Shown here in pieces: positions 8,669-19,007 of a DNA stretch of 45,123 nucleotides; position 1 is the first letter of the stretch; each line of letters starts with the position of its first letter. The stretch covers positions 1 through 45,123 of the forward strand of contig CAZSYD010000016.1 in assembly GCA_964611355.1 (NCBI GenBank), given 5' to 3'. Below the pieces are notes generated by a model that did no database searches, was not told the origin of the DNA, and was given only the letters and a program-made list of their open reading frames with translations. Origin of the DNA: an uncultured Ignavibacteriales bacterium. GTDB lineage: Bacteria > Zixibacteria > MSB-5A5 > GN15 > JAAZOE01. A program made the position numbers and the translations under genes.

Positions 8669-9061
8669 TCACACCCGGCGCCGTTTTGGCGGCCGACAGC
8701 CGTTGTGCGGAATGGGGGTAACGTCTCTTATGCTCATAACCTCCAGACCTGCCGCCGAGATGGAGCGAATAGCCGCTTCACGTCCGCCACCCGGGCCTTT
8801 GACCATAATATCCACCTTGCGCATGCCCATATCAAGGGCCTCCTTGGCTGAGGCTGCCGCGGCTTGCTGAGCCGCAAACGGGGTCGATTTCTTGGAGCCC
8901 TTGAAACCTACCCGGCCCGCCGAACCCCAGGAAATCACGTGGCCTTTGGCGTCGGTGATCGATATCACGGTGTTGTTAAAAGTCGCCTTGATATGGGCCA
9001 CCCCGACGGTTTCAACCCGGCGGTGTCTTTTTTTGGTTTTTTTCTTTTTTACTTCAGCCAC
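8669..9061 (-). CDS. rpsK: 30S ribosomal protein S11
   Basis: [20 protein letters not shown] and [21 protein letters not shown] start. Confidence 0.98.
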   Translation of the reverse strand: MAEVKKKKTKKRHRRVETVGVAHIKATFNNTVISITDAKGHVISWGSAGRVGFKGSKKSTPFAAQQAAAASAKEALDMGMRKVDIMVKGPGGGREAAIRSISAAGLEVMSIRDVTPIPHNGCRPPKRRRV

Positions 9062-9092
9062 GGTAACTCCTCAAATTGATTTATAAGCCGGA

Positions 9093-9476
9093 TCATTTCG
9101 GCCCGGGCACCCTTTTCCTGCCAGCCACCGTCCGACGGGGTCCTTTGCGCGTCCGGGCATTGGTTTTGGTCCTCTGCCCTCGCACCGGCAGGCCGCGGCG
9201 GTGCCGCAGGCCGCGGTATGAGCCGATATCCATCAACCGTTTGATATTCATGGCGATTTCGCCGCGCAGACTACCCTCAACCTTGTAGTCGTTCTCAATG
9301 GTATTACGCAGCTTGATGACATCTTCCTCGGTGAGTTTATTAACCCGGGTATCGGGACTCACGCCGGTATCAGTCAGAATCTTTCTTGCCGACGTCAACC
9401 CGATGCCGAAAATATAGGTCAACGCGATTTCGATCCGTTTATCGCGCGGCAACTCAACACCAGCTATACGAGCCAA
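9093..9476 (-). CDS. rpsM: 30S ribosomal protein S13
   Basis: ARIAGV and [29 protein letters not shown] start. Confidence 0.98.
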   Translation of the reverse strand: MARIAGVELPRDKRIEIALTYIFGIGLTSARKILTDTGVSPDTRVNKLTEEDVIKLRNTIENDYKVEGSLRGEIAMNIKRLMDIGSYRGLRHRRGLPVRGQRTKTNARTRKGPRRTVAGRKRVPGPK

Positions 9477-9506
9477 TTGATCCTCCTAATACTCAATATC
9501 ACGCCG

Positions 9507-9620
9507 TCAACCCTGCCTTTGTTTATGTCTGGGATTGACGCAAATCACTCGTAACACGCCTTTTCGCCGAATGATTTTACATTTGTCGCATCGTTTTTTC
9601 AAAGACGTCCTTACTTTCAT
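9507..9620 (-). CDS. rpmJ: 50S ribosomal protein L36 (zinc-binding type)
   Basis: Not in the ORF track; translated by hand as [37 protein letters not shown]. Confidence 0.97.
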   Translation of the reverse strand: MKVRTSLKKRCDKCKIIRRKGVLRVICVNPRHKQRQG

Positions 9621-9649
9621 GACACTAACCTCAGTAGAAAGCCCAATCC

Positions 9650-9868
9650 CTATTTATGCCGGTAGGTTATCCTGCCCCGGGTCAAATCATAGGGGGACAA
9701 TTCCAAGCTAACGCGGTCGCCGGGAAGAATTTTTATAAAATGCATTCGCATTTTGCCCGAAATATGCGCCAGCACAACATGCCCGTTTTCGAGCGCCACC
9801 TTAAACATCGCATTGGGCAAAGGTTCCAGTACTTTGCCTTCTACCTGAATGACATCCTCTTTCGCCAT
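9650..9868 (-). CDS. infA: Translation initiation factor IF-1
   Basis: [24 protein letters not shown] and [10 protein letters not shown]. Confidence 0.98.
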   Translation of the reverse strand: MAKEDVIQVEGKVLEPLPNAMFKVALENGHVVLAHISGKMRMHFIKILPGDRVSLELSPYDLTRGRITYRHK

Positions 9869-9874
9869 AAACCT

Positions 9875-10633
9875 CTATACCAGAGTCAAAATATCGGGAC
9901 CGTTGTCCGTTATCGCCACCGAATGCTCGAAATGCGCAGACGAAGACCCGTCAGCAGTAACCGTAGTCCATCCATCCGGCTTAAAATTTATTTTATACCC
10001 GCCGACGTTAACCATCGGCTCAATAGCAAGGACCAGACCCTTTTTCAGTACCGGCCCGGTGCCGGGCGTGCCGAAATTATGAACCTGGGGATCCTCGTGC
10101 ATCCGGCGGCCGATTCCATGCCCAACCATATCACGAACAACGGAGAACCCGTTTTGTTCCGCCACATCCTGTACTGCCGCCGAAATGTCGCCGAGTCGAT
10201 TACCGACCCGGGCCTTGCTGATCCCCGCCTCAAGCGCCATTAACGTAACCTTCAGTAATTTCTTCTTTTCCTCGGATATATCACCGACGGGAAATGTCTT
10301 GGCACCATCGCCGTAATAGCCATCCTTGCAAGAACCCACATCGATCGAGATTATCTCGCCTTCGATCAGTTTGCGGTCGCCGGGAATACCGTGAACCACG
10401 ACGTCATCAATCGAGGCGCAAATCGAAGCCGGGAAGACACGACCACCCACACGGTAACCCTTAAAGGCCGGGGTAGCGCCCCGGCTGCGGATATGTTCCT
10501 CGGCCAGTCGGTCAAGTTCTCCGGTGGTGACTCCGGGGCCGATATGCTTTTTCATTAACCCCAGTACCTCGGCCACGATCAGTCCCGCCTCCCGCATAAT
10601 TTCGATCTCTCTGTCCGACTTCAACTCAAACAT
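9875..10633 (-). CDS. map: Type I methionine aminopeptidase
   Basis: VVVHGIP, ISIDVG..DGYYGD, GHGIG..MHEDP, AIEPM and SAHFEHS. Confidence 0.97.
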   Translation of the reverse strand: MFELKSDREIEIMREAGLIVAEVLGLMKKHIGPGVTTGELDRLAEEHIRSRGATPAFKGYRVGGRVFPASICASIDDVVVHGIPGDRKLIEGEIISIDVGSCKDGYYGDGAKTFPVGDISEEKKKLLKVTLMALEAGISKARVGNRLGDISAAVQDVAEQNGFSVVRDMVGHGIGRRMHEDPQVHNFGTPGTGPVLKKGLVLAIEPMVNVGGYKINFKPDGWTTVTADGSSSAHFEHSVAITDNGPDILTLV

Positions 10634-10636
10634 ATT

Positions 10637-11284
10637 TCAGTTTATCCCCAGCTTTTTGACAATTCGGTCAAAGATTTCATCCGGCCTTCCCGTCCCCGGA
10701 ATCGCCACAAGCAGCGACTGTTTACGATAATAATCCTCAATCGGCTGCGTCTGTTCCCTGTAAACTTCAAGACGGTTTTTAATCACTTCCGGTTCATCAT
10801 CCGGCCGACGGACAAGTCTGCCTCCGCATTTATCACAGACGCCTTCCTGCCCGGGCATGTTAATAGGATAATTATAAGGCTCCTGACAGTCTGAGCAATA
10901 CATTCTGCCCGAAAGGCGCTTGATTATCTCCTCATCATCAACATCGAGCAGAATGGCGTAATCTATCTTTGACCCCGCCTGATTAAACATGGCCTCCAGA
11001 GCCTCGGCCTGAGGGACAGTCCGAGGAAAACCATCGAGAATAAACCCCTTACCCAGCACGCCTGATTTCTGCTTCTCTTCAATAAGCTCTATGATAATAC
11101 TATCAGGTACCAACTCGCCGGCTTCCATATACCCTTTGGCCTTTTTACCAAGTTCAGTGCTATCCTTAACCGCTTCGCGCAGCAGATCACCGGTGGACAA
11201 ATGCAGAACCGAAATCTTTTCCGCCAGACGAGCCGCTTGAGTTCCTTTGCCCGATCCGGGGGCTCCCAGAAAGATCAGATTCAT
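10637..11284 (-). CDS. adk: Adenylate kinase (Cys4 zinc LID)
   Basis: GAPGSGKGTQA, HLSTGDLLR, GFILDGFPRT and CSDC...CDKC. Confidence 0.97.
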   Translation of the reverse strand: MNLIFLGAPGSGKGTQAARLAEKISVLHLSTGDLLREAVKDSTELGKKAKGYMEAGELVPDSIIIELIEEKQKSGVLGKGFILDGFPRTVPQAEALEAMFNQAGSKIDYAILLDVDDEEIIKRLSGRMYCSDCQEPYNYPINMPGQEGVCDKCGGRLVRRPDDEPEVIKNRLEVYREQTQPIEDYYRKQSLLVAIPGTGRPDEIFDRIVKKLGIN

Positions 11285-12600
11285 CAAAATGATCTCCCCC
11301 TGATGCGCCCTTTCTTCATAAAGCCGTCGTAATGTCTCATGAGCAGGTGCGATTCAATCTGCTGAAGAGTATCAAGCGCCACACCAACCACAATCAAAAG
11401 GCCGGTGCCGCCGAAGAAATACTGCACGTCGAATCTGGCAATCAGCACCCACGGTAGTATTGCAATCAGCGCAAAGAAAATAGCGCCGGGGAGCGTGATA
11501 CGCACCAGAATTTTTTCGATGTAATCGGCCGTTCTTTTTCCTGGACGGATGCCGGGAATAAAACCGCCGTTTTTGCGCATGTTGTCGGCCAGATCGATCG
11601 GATTGAATACCAACGCCGTGTAGAAGTAAGCGAAAAATACGATAATCAAGCCATAAATTACCGAGTAGGGACCGCTTCCGGGTCTTAGCGAGTAGGCGAT
11701 GATATTGTTGATCCATTCGACATTGGGGAACAGTTGCGCCACCGTTGCCGGGGCAAACATGATCGACTGCGCAAAAATGATCGGAATAATACCGGCCGAG
11801 TTGACCGACAGCGGCAGGTGAGTAGTCTGCCCGCCATAAACCCTCCGACCGATCACCTTTTTCGGGTATTGCACAGGAATCCGCCGCTGCCCCCGGGTGA
11901 CGACAATCACGGCGGCGATAACCGCCAGCATCAGGGCAATCATAAGTACTTCGGCAAATATGGGACGGGTGCCGGCGAAAACCTTTTGAGCCTCTTCGAC
12001 GACGGCCTGAGGAAAGCGGGCGATAATACCGATAAAAATTATCAGCGAAATTCCGTTGCCGATGCCCCGCTCGGTTATTTGCTCGCCAAGCCACATGATA
12101 AATATGGTCCCGCAAGTGAAGGTCAGCACGGTTAATGGGATAAAAGTCATGGCATTCATTGTCACGGCGGGAGCGCCGGTGGGACCGATAATAGATTTCA
12201 AGTAGATTGCCGTGCCATAAGCCTGCAATGCTGAAATCACGACTGTTCCGTAGCGAGTGTACTGGGTAATCTTGCGGCGGCCTTCCTCGCCTTCTTTCTG
12301 CAGTTTTTGAATGTACGGAATAACCGCCCCAAGTAGCTGCATAATAATCGAAGCGGAAATGTACGGCATTATTCCCAGGGCGAAGATAGTGGCTTTCTTG
12401 AAGGCGCCGCCGGCAAACATGTCGAACATCCCCAGCAGGGTACCGGATGAGCCGGAGAAAAAGCTCTGCAACACGCCGGCATCTATCCCAGGCGTCGGGA
12501 TGTGGCCCCCGATACGATAGACAATCAACAGGCCGAGAGTAAAGAATATCCTTTTTCTCAGCTCCTCAATTTTGAAAATCGACTGAAACGTCCCTAACAC
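11284..12600 (-). CDS. secY: Preprotein translocase SecY
   Basis: IFALGIMPYISASII, WLGEQITERGIGNGISL and GFIPGIRPG. Confidence 0.98.
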   Translation of the reverse strand: MLGTFQSIFKIEELRKRIFFTLGLLIVYRIGGHIPTPGIDAGVLQSFFSGSSGTLLGMFDMFAGGAFKKATIFALGIMPYISASIIMQLLGAVIPYIQKLQKEGEEGRRKITQYTRYGTVVISALQAYGTAIYLKSIIGPTGAPAVTMNAMTFIPLTVLTFTCGTIFIMWLGEQITERGIGNGISLIIFIGIIARFPQAVVEEAQKVFAGTRPIFAEVLMIALMLAVIAAVIVVTRGQRRIPVQYPKKVIGRRVYGGQTTHLPLSVNSAGIIPIIFAQSIMFAPATVAQLFPNVEWINNIIAYSLRPGSGPYSVIYGLIIVFFAYFYTALVFNPIDLADNMRKNGGFIPGIRPGKRTADYIEKILVRITLPGAIFFALIAILPWVLIARFDVQYFFGGTGLLIVVGVALDTLQQIESHLLMRHYDGFMKKGRIRGRSF

Positions 12601-13046
12601 GGAGCCTCCTCGACCTTTCCCCCGGCCGCTTCTATCTTCTCGCGGGCCTTTTTACTGCAGGCGGCGACCGCTACCGTATAGGCCGCTTCCACCTGACCCT
12701 GACCCAGAAGCTTAACCGGAACATCTATCGACTTTATCCTGCCGTACTTCCTCAGCACCTCCGGCGTAACCGGCTGCTCCGCCGGACAACCATTAAGCGA
12801 GAACAGATTAATGATCTGGTACTTTTGTTTGAATATATTTCTAAATCCCCGCTTCGGGATCAACAGATGCAGCGGCATTTGTCCTCCCTGCATCCAGGGC
12901 TGGATTGATCTCCGACCACCGGAACGAGATCTTTGTCCTTTGTGTCCGCGGGTCGATGTCTTTCCGTGCCCCGAACCGGGCCCACGCCCCACTCGTTTCC
13001 TTTGCTTCTTTGATCCGGTCGGCGGTTTCAAGCTCGACAAATCCAT
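12594..13046 (-). CDS. rplO: 50S ribosomal protein L15
   Basis: RVGRGPGSGHGKTSTRGHKGQRSR and GGQMPL..PKRGF. Confidence 0.97.
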   Translation of the reverse strand: MDLSSLKPPTGSKKQRKRVGRGPGSGHGKTSTRGHKGQRSRSGGRRSIQPWMQGGQMPLHLLIPKRGFRNIFKQKYQIINLFSLNGCPAEQPVTPEVLRKYGRIKSIDVPVKLLGQGQVEAAYTVAVAACSKKAREKIEAAGGKVEEAPC

Positions 13047-13081
13047 AGTTTATCCTTATATCCTCACTGCTGCGAAGTCAG

Positions 13082-13264
13082 CTATTCTATCTCTTCCACC
13101 TCTACAAGGTACTCAACCGTCTTTATCATTCCCCTTATCTGGGGCGTATCATTATGAATAGCCGTTTTACTTATCCGGCCCAGGCCGAGAGCCTCGATAG
13201 TACGCCGGTGCCTCGGCTTGCGACCTATGATTGACTTTAGCTGCGTAACCTTGATTTTCCCCAT
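13082..13264 (-). CDS. rpmD: 50S ribosomal protein L30
   Basis: [24 protein letters not shown]; synteny. Confidence 0.96.
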   Translation of the reverse strand: MGKIKVTQLKSIIGRKPRHRRTIEALGLGRISKTAIHNDTPQIRGMIKTVEYLVEVEEIE

Positions 13265-13275
13265 TACAGAACCTC

Positions 13276-13758
13276 TTAACCGTTCTCCAGGTATTCTTTT
13301 TCTTCGTCGCGGGTCCGCAAACTTAAAAGGCCGTTCATAGTCGCCTTGACAATGTTATTAGGGTTGCGCGATCCCAACACCTTGGTAAGCACATCCTGTA
13401 TACCGACCGACTCCAGCACGGCCCTGACACCGCCGCCGGCTATCACTCCGGTACCGGGAGAGGCCGGTTTCAGCATTACTCTGGTGGCTCCGAATATACC
13501 CATAACCTGATGAGGAATCGTTCCGTCTGCCAGGGAAATTTTGACCATCGCCTTGCGAGCCGCATCAGTTCCCTTATGAATAGCTCCGGCAACCTCCTTG
13601 GATTTTCCCAGGCCGACACCGACCATACCATTACGGTCACCCACGGCAACAAGGGCGGTAAAGGAAAAGCGCCGGCCCCCCTTGACCACTTTGGCCACGC
13701 GGTTAATATGAATTACCTTTTCCTGAAACTCCAGGTTATCTACTTCAAATCGGGCCAA
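13276..13758 (-). CDS. rpsE: 30S ribosomal protein S5
   Basis: [20 protein letters not shown] and [15 protein letters not shown] start. Confidence 0.98.
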   Translation of the reverse strand: MARFEVDNLEFQEKVIHINRVAKVVKGGRRFSFTALVAVGDRNGMVGVGLGKSKEVAGAIHKGTDAARKAMVKISLADGTIPHQVMGIFGATRVMLKPASPGTGVIAGGGVRAVLESVGIQDVLTKVLGSRNPNNIVKATMNGLLSLRTRDEEKEYLENG

Positions 13759-13776
13759 TACTCACCTCGTTTATCG

Positions 13777-14151
13777 TTAAAATTCCAATCCTTTCTCGCG
13801 TGCGCCTTCGGCCATAGCCTTGATGCGCCCGTGATAAGGGAACCGATTGCGGTCAAAAACCACTTTCCTGATGCCCTTTTCCAGAGCCAGATCGGCGATG
13901 GTTTGGCCGACCTTTCGAGCCGCGTTGATTTTAGTATCCTTTTCCTCGATTTTCCCGGCCATCGCCCCCGAACCGCTCCCCAGACCGATTACGGTAACCT
14001 GTTTTGCGTCGTCAATAATCTGGGCGTATATATGCCTGAGCGATTTGGCCACGGTCAGGCGCGGGGTTTCGGCGGTGCCAAAGATTTTGCCTCGGACACG
14101 GCGGCGCCGTTTCACCGCTCGAGCGGCCTTTTCTTTCTTTTTGGAAGCCAT
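13777..14151 (-). CDS. rplR: 50S ribosomal protein L18
   Basis: PRLTV.KS..HIYAQIIDD and VVFDR..FPYHGRIKA.AEGARE.GL.F. Confidence 0.97.
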   Translation of the reverse strand: MASKKKEKAARAVKRRRRVRGKIFGTAETPRLTVAKSLRHIYAQIIDDAKQVTVIGLGSGSGAMAGKIEEKDTKINAARKVGQTIADLALEKGIRKVVFDRNRFPYHGRIKAMAEGAREKGLEF

Positions 14152-14170
14152 CTTCTATCAACTCCACTCG

Positions 14171-14710
14171 TTAGGCAGCAGTCTTTCCGGCTTTTCGACG
14201 AACATATTCGCCCTTATACCTGATACCTTTACCTTTATAAGGTTCCGGTTTCCGGACGCTGCGAATCTTATCGGCAGTCAATCCAACCAACTCTTTATCA
14301 ATACCCGAAACCTTGATCTCGCCGGCCTTGGCGTTAAATTCCAGGATAACTCCTTCAGGCGGCAATATCACAACAGGGTGAGAATATCCGACGTATAAAA
14401 TCAGGCGGTTATTTTTTATCTCACCCCGATAGCCTACACCTATTATTTCCAATTCCTTGATATATCCCTCGGTGACCCCGGTAACCATATTCTGGATAAG
14501 AGCCCGTGTCATGCCATGCAGGGATCGGTGAAAAGCATTATTGGAAGATCGGGTAACCGTAACAGCGTCGCTACCGACGTTGATAGCGATTTCCGGGTGA
14601 AATTTCCGCGTCAGCGTTCCCCTGGGGCCCTTGACGGTCAATTCCCGACCATCAAGGTTTATGCTTACGCCTGATGGTATCTGAACCGGTTTTTTCCCAA
14701 TGCGCGACAT
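14171..14710 (-). CDS. rplF: 50S ribosomal protein L6
   Basis: MSRIGKKP, VKGPRG and RKPEPYKGKGIRY. Confidence 0.98.
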   Translation of the reverse strand: MSRIGKKPVQIPSGVSINLDGRELTVKGPRGTLTRKFHPEIAINVGSDAVTVTRSSNNAFHRSLHGMTRALIQNMVTGVTEGYIKELEIIGVGYRGEIKNNRLILYVGYSHPVVILPPEGVILEFNAKAGEIKVSGIDKELVGLTADKIRSVRKPEPYKGKGIRYKGEYVRRKAGKTAA

Positions 14711-14721
14711 GCCTACTCTCC

Positions 14722-15123
14722 TCACCAGACGGCGCAAACAGCTTCGCCACCGATTTTCTTTTGAGTCGCCTCCTGATCAGTCATTACGCCCGATGATGTC
14801 GAAACGATCATAATACCCTGCCGGCCATAGGGATACCGAAAGATTTCCCGGGCCGAAACATATCGCCGCAGAGCGGGCCGCGAAAGGCGGCGCAACCCAT
14901 GAATAATCGGTTTGTCATCACGGCTGTATTTCAAATAGACTCGAATAATCCCCTGTTTGTTATCGGGTAGAACAAGGTAGTCTCTGATATAACTGTATTC
15001 CTTCAAAATGCGGGCGATTTCCTTTTTCAGGCTGGAGGCAGGGATATCCGTCGCGTTATGCTTTGCCTTTGAAGCGTTTCTAATCCTTGTCAGCATGTCA
15101 GCTATCGGATCAGTCATCGACAT
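14722..15123 (-). CDS. rpsH: 30S ribosomal protein S8
   Basis: MTDPIADMLTRIRNA and STSSGVMT..GGE. Confidence 0.97.
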   Translation of the reverse strand: MSMTDPIADMLTRIRNASKAKHNATDIPASSLKKEIARILKEYSYIRDYLVLPDNKQGIIRVYLKYSRDDKPIIHGLRRLSRPALRRYVSAREIFRYPYGRQGIMIVSTSSGVMTDQEATQKKIGGEAVCAVW

Positions 15124-15163
15124 AGAATAAACTCCTTATCACTCGGCCCATTCTTTCATTGGT

Positions 15164-15349
15164 CTACCAGCTGGCTTTCCTCACCCCCGGCAATTCACCG
15201 GCCAGGGCTAATTCACGAAAACAGATTCGACAAAGGCCAAACTTCCTTATATATGCCCGCGGTCGTCCGCATCGGTGGCATCTATTGTAGGCCCGCACCT
15301 TATACTTTGGCGGACGTTTTTGCTTTTCGATCAAACATTTCTTGGCCAC
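15164..15349 (-). CDS. rpsN: 30S ribosomal protein S14 type Z (61 aa, zinc-binding)
   Basis: GTG start; [10 protein letters not shown]...[21 protein letters not shown]. Confidence 0.97.
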   Translation of the reverse strand: MAKKCLIEKQKRPPKYKVRAYNRCHRCGRPRAYIRKFGLCRICFRELALAGELPGVRKASW

Positions 15350-15351
15350 AA

Positions 15352-15897
15352 CTACTCCTCTTTCCTGAACGGCATGCCCATTATCCGCAGAAGCTGGATA
15401 CATTCCGCATCAGTCCCGGCCGTGGTGGTTATCGTCACCGACATTCCGCGGACTTTGTCGATTTTATCATAATCTATCTCGGGGAATATAAGTTGCTCCC
15501 TGATACCAAGGCTGAAATTCCCTCGCCCGTCGCACGATTTGGTCGAAATGCCGCGAAAATCACGGATCCGGGGAATGGCAACGTTAACCAGCCGGTCCAG
15601 AAATTCATACATTCGCTCCCGCCGCAAAGTAACCCGACAACCGATGGCCATTCCCTGCCTTAATTTGAAATTTGAAATCGACTTGCGGGCACGGGTAATT
15701 ACAGGCTGCTGACCGGTAATAGTCCGAAGATCTTCCACGGCCGCATCGAGCGCCTTGGCGTTGGTGATTGCCTCGCCGACACCGATATTGACGGTTATCT
15801 TTTCCAGCCTCGGTACCGCCATGATCCCGGAATAACCGTTTTCTTTTATCAGTCGAGGAACCGCTTCCTCAAAATATTTCTTTTTCAGTCGTGCCAT
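15352..15897 (-). CDS. rplE: 50S ribosomal protein L5
   Basis: [26 protein letters not shown] and EQLIFPEI. Confidence 0.98.
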   Translation of the reverse strand: MARLKKKYFEEAVPRLIKENGYSGIMAVPRLEKITVNIGVGEAITNAKALDAAVEDLRTITGQQPVITRARKSISNFKLRQGMAIGCRVTLRRERMYEFLDRLVNVAIPRIRDFRGISTKSCDGRGNFSLGIREQLIFPEIDYDKIDKVRGMSVTITTTAGTDAECIQLLRIMGMPFRKEE

Positions 15898-15913
15898 CGT
15901 TGGTGCGACTCCC

Positions 15914-16234
15914 TTACAATTCCGCCCCGCAAAGGCGACAGTGGCGGATTTTCGTTACTTTGGAACCCTTTATGTCTATAATTTTGTAAGCAACCCTGGT
16001 CGGAGAATTACAGGAATTGCAAAAAATTTTGACATTTGAACTATGAATCGGGGCTTCCTTGGTTATGATACCACCCTTCGCGTTCCTTTGGGTCGGGCGA
16101 GTATGTCTTTTAATCATGTTGACCCCTTCCACGATCAGGCGATTCCCCGAGGGATTAACATACAGGACCTTGGCAACCTTGCCCTTGTAGTTGCCGCTAA
16201 TAACAGAAACCGTGTCACCCTTTTTTATATTCAT
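15914..16234 (-). CDS. rplX: 50S ribosomal protein L24
   Basis: IKKGDTV.VISG..KG KOW motif, VEGVN and [10 protein letters not shown]-terminal CNSC/CRLC. Confidence 0.97.
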   Translation of the reverse strand: MNIKKGDTVSVISGNYKGKVAKVLYVNPSGNRLIVEGVNMIKRHTRPTQRNAKGGIITKEAPIHSSNVKIFCNSCNSPTRVAYKIIDIKGSKVTKIRHCRLCGAEL

Positions 16235-16246
16235 TCTTCGCTACCT

Positions 16247-16615
16247 TCAGAGCACTTCCGGGGCCAGAGAAACAATTTTCATGAAATGCTTTTCCCGTAA
16301 TTCTCTGGCTACGGGCCCAAAAATACGGGTTCCGCGCGGCTCCTTCTGTTCGTTGATTATCACGGCGGCATTGTCGGAGAAGCGAATCAGCGAGCCATCC
16401 CTGCGGTGGATATCTTTGGTTGTTCTCACGATTACCGCCTTGCATACTTCCGATTTCTTAACCGTGCCGCCCGGGATAGCATCCTTAACGGTACAAACAA
16501 TGATGTCTCCTACCCGGGCATACCTTTTCCTGGAACCACCCAGCACCTTGAAACACATAACCTTCTTGGCGCCCGAATTATCAGCCACATTCAGCCTGGA
16601 ATATTCCTGAATCAT
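16247..16615 (-). CDS. rplN: 50S ribosomal protein L14
   Basis: [20 protein letters not shown] and SLAPEVL. Confidence 0.98.
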   Translation of the reverse strand: MIQEYSRLNVADNSGAKKVMCFKVLGGSRKRYARVGDIIVCTVKDAIPGGTVKKSEVCKAVIVRTTKDIHRRDGSLIRFSDNAAVIINEQKEPRGTRIFGPVARELREKHFMKIVSLAPEVL

Positions 16616-16642
16616 CTTTGCTTCTCCCGAATCCGGTTCCTA

Positions 16643-16900
16643 TCACTTGGCCTTTTCCATCACTTCGATCAGCCGCCAACGTTTCATTTTGGACAGGGGA
16701 CGGCACTCCATGACTCGAACTTTATCGCCCTCGGAGGCCTCGCTGTTCTGATCATGAGCGTACAGCTTCGATTTTCTCCGAATAATACGCTCGTAGAGTG
16801 GATGCTTCATGGTTCTGACAATCTCGACCACGATTGTCTTGTCCATTTTGCTGGAGACAACCTTTCCGGTTCGCACTTTTCTCCGGTTTCTTTCAGCCAT
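16643..16900 (-). CDS. rpsQ: 30S ribosomal protein S17
   Basis: [18 protein letters not shown] and [11 protein letters not shown]; alternative start at 16918. Confidence 0.96.
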   Translation of the reverse strand: MAERNRRKVRTGKVVSSKMDKTIVVEIVRTMKHPLYERIIRRKSKLYAHDQNSEASEGDKVRVMECRPLSKMKRWRLIEVMEKAK

Positions 16901-16923
16901 TTCCGCCGTATCTCCCATAAACG

Positions 16924-17181
16924 TTATTTGTCGCTATTCTTTTTATTTCCGGTCCTGTCCAGCAATCCGGCCTGATCGACAATCCGACGAATACCTTCAC
17001 GGTCCTCGGTTAAAATCGTCTCAACGCGCGCTAAATCGCGCCGAAGCGTACGCAACTTGAGAGGATTATCCAGTTCACGGATTCCCTTGCGCATCCGCAG
17101 ATTGAACAACTCCTGCATAAGCTCATCACGCTTCTGGAGCAGTTCGTCTTTGGTTAAATCCCGCAAAGTATCCATACGCAT
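16924..17181 (-). CDS. rpmC: 50S ribosomal protein L29 with C-terminal extension
   Basis: LRDLT..EL...ELFNLR...[17 protein letters not shown]; synteny. Confidence 0.94.
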   Translation of the reverse strand: MRMDTLRDLTKDELLQKRDELMQELFNLRMRKGIRELDNPLKLRTLRRDLARVETILTEDREGIRRIVDQAGLLDRTGNKKNSDK

Positions 17182-17183
17182 TA

Positions 17184-17606
17184 TCAAATACCTTCCAATT
17201 CAGCCCGCGTGACAAACCTTGTTTTTATCGGCAGTTTATTGGCCGCCAGGCGAAACGCCTCACGGGCCAGATTCTCGCTGACGCCCTCAATCTCAAACAA
17301 TACGCGCCCCGGCTTAATCACCGCCACCCATCCTTCCGGGGCTCCTTTTCCTTTGCCCATTCTCGTTTCCGCCGGTTTTTTGGTGACCGGTTTGTCCGGG
17401 AAAATCCGAATCCAGATTTTTCCGCCCCGCTTGATATGACGAGTCAAAGCCACCCGGGCCGCCTCAATCTGCCGGCTGCTCAACCAGCACGGTTCCATCG
17501 CCTTTAAGGCAAACTGCCCGAAATCAATATTTGACCCCCGGTAGGCCATCCCGCGGCGCCGGCCGCGCTGAGCTTTCCTGAACTTGGTCCGTTTCGGCAT
17601 TAACAT
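17184..17606 (-). CDS. rplP: 50S ribosomal protein L16
   Basis: [18 protein letters not shown] and [13 protein letters not shown]. Confidence 0.98.
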   Translation of the reverse strand: MLMPKRTKFRKAQRGRRRGMAYRGSNIDFGQFALKAMEPCWLSSRQIEAARVALTRHIKRGGKIWIRIFPDKPVTKKPAETRMGKGKGAPEGWVAVIKPGRVLFEIEGVSENLAREAFRLAANKLPIKTRFVTRAELEGI

Positions 17607-17621
17607 GGCAGCTTCTCCGAT

Positions 17622-18443
17622 TTATGACCGTGACCTGTCGCGGGCATTACCGGTTTCCTTTCTCGATCGATTTCTGGATGCATGCGTCATTTCATCTCGA
17701 CGAACCCGTCCCTTTGGTTTCCTTTTGCCGGGCCGTTCACCCGTTCGGCGTCCCAGCGAGGTTTCGGGAGCACCTGTAAATCTGCTTTCTTCCCTGCCTT
17801 CGGGAGTAAAGTCACCCCGGTCAAGGATAGTTCCGAGGCAAATCCATACCTTAACGCCTATGCAACCGTAGGTGGTATGCGCGGTCGCCGTCGAATAATC
17901 GATATTGGCCCGCAGAGTGTGCAGCGGTACCCGGCCATCCATATATTTCTCTGCCCGGGCGATTTCAGCGCCATTAAGGCGACCTTTACAGTGAATTTTC
18001 ACTCCTTCGGCGCCCATTTTCATAGTTGCAGCCAGCGATCGTTTCATGGCCCGCCGGAAGGAAACCCGCCCTTCAAGCTGTTTGGCGATAGAATCGGCCA
18101 CCAGCCTGGCCGAGAGTTCAGGCCTTTTGACCTCAATAATATTTAGAGATATATTCTGCTTTGTCAGAAGCTGCAATTCTTCGCGGAGTTTGTCCACTTC
18201 GGCTCCCCGGCGGCCGATAACAATGCCCGGGCGCGAGGTATGAATATCGATTGTTACCTTTTTCGGCGAGCGGGTAATCTCGATCCTGGCCAGTCCTGCG
18301 TTATCCAGACGAGCATTTATATATTTTTTTATCATTATATCTTCGTGGATAAGTTCAGCGACTCCTTTGGACGCGAACCATTTGGAATTCCACGATTTGT
18401 TTACTCCCAACCTGAAGCCTATCGGGTGCGTTTTCTGACCCAA
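17622..18443 (-). CDS. rpsC: 30S ribosomal protein S3 with Arg-rich tail
   Basis: [29 protein letters not shown] and [13 protein letters not shown] start. Confidence 0.98.
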   Translation of the reverse strand: MGQKTHPIGFRLGVNKSWNSKWFASKGVAELIHEDIMIKKYINARLDNAGLARIEITRSPKKVTIDIHTSRPGIVIGRRGAEVDKLREELQLLTKQNISLNIIEVKRPELSARLVADSIAKQLEGRVSFRRAMKRSLAATMKMGAEGVKIHCKGRLNGAEIARAEKYMDGRVPLHTLRANIDYSTATAHTTYGCIGVKVWICLGTILDRGDFTPEGREESRFTGAPETSLGRRTGERPGKRKPKGRVRRDEMTHASRNRSRKETGNARDRSRS

Positions 18444-18468
18444 AATCTATCCTCCAATTGCCCCTGGT

Positions 18469-18993
18469 CTATTCTTTCTCTTTTTTGGCTGTCTTTTTCC
18501 CGGCCGCTTTTCTCTTGGCCTTTGCTGCAAGACCGGTCTTTTTGGCGGCTGACTTCTTTGAGCTTTTTTTTACAGCAGTCCCGGAATCAACCCTGGCGAC
18601 TTTGGCAGTTTTTCTGCCACCGGCCCGTTTTCCGGTCGGAGCTTCTTCACCGGGCACACCCTCTACCACCACTGTCAGATGGGCAAAACGGTGCTTATAG
18701 CGATTGGCCCGACCCATGGCGCGAAATTCGATTCTCTTGGCTCGAGGACCCTCATCGACATTGACACGCGCGATTGATAAATCCTCGGCCTTAAGTCGCG
18801 AGGTCCCTTCAATGGCCAGCACATTAGCGGTTGCCGACTGAATGGTTTTAGCCAGCGGTTCGGCGGCCGCCTTATTGGTAAACTTTAGAATGGCCAATGC
18901 CTCTTCGACCGATTTATCTTTAATAAGGCTTGCTACCCGGCGAATCTTACGCGGTGACATCATCAAATATTTCAGCTTTGCTATACCCTGCAT
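18469..18993 (-). CDS. rplV: 50S ribosomal protein L22 with Lys/Ala-rich C-terminal extension
   Basis: SPRKIRRVA, VDEGP..KR...RAMGRA and HLTVVV, then a ~55-aa basic tail. Confidence 0.96.
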   Translation of the reverse strand: MQGIAKLKYLMMSPRKIRRVASLIKDKSVEEALAILKFTNKAAAEPLAKTIQSATANVLAIEGTSRLKAEDLSIARVNVDEGPRAKRIEFRAMGRANRYKHRFAHLTVVVEGVPGEEAPTGKRAGGRKTAKVARVDSGTAVKKSSKKSAAKKTGLAAKAKRKAAGKKTAKKEKE

Positions 18994-19007
18994 CTTTTCA
19001 ATCCCGC

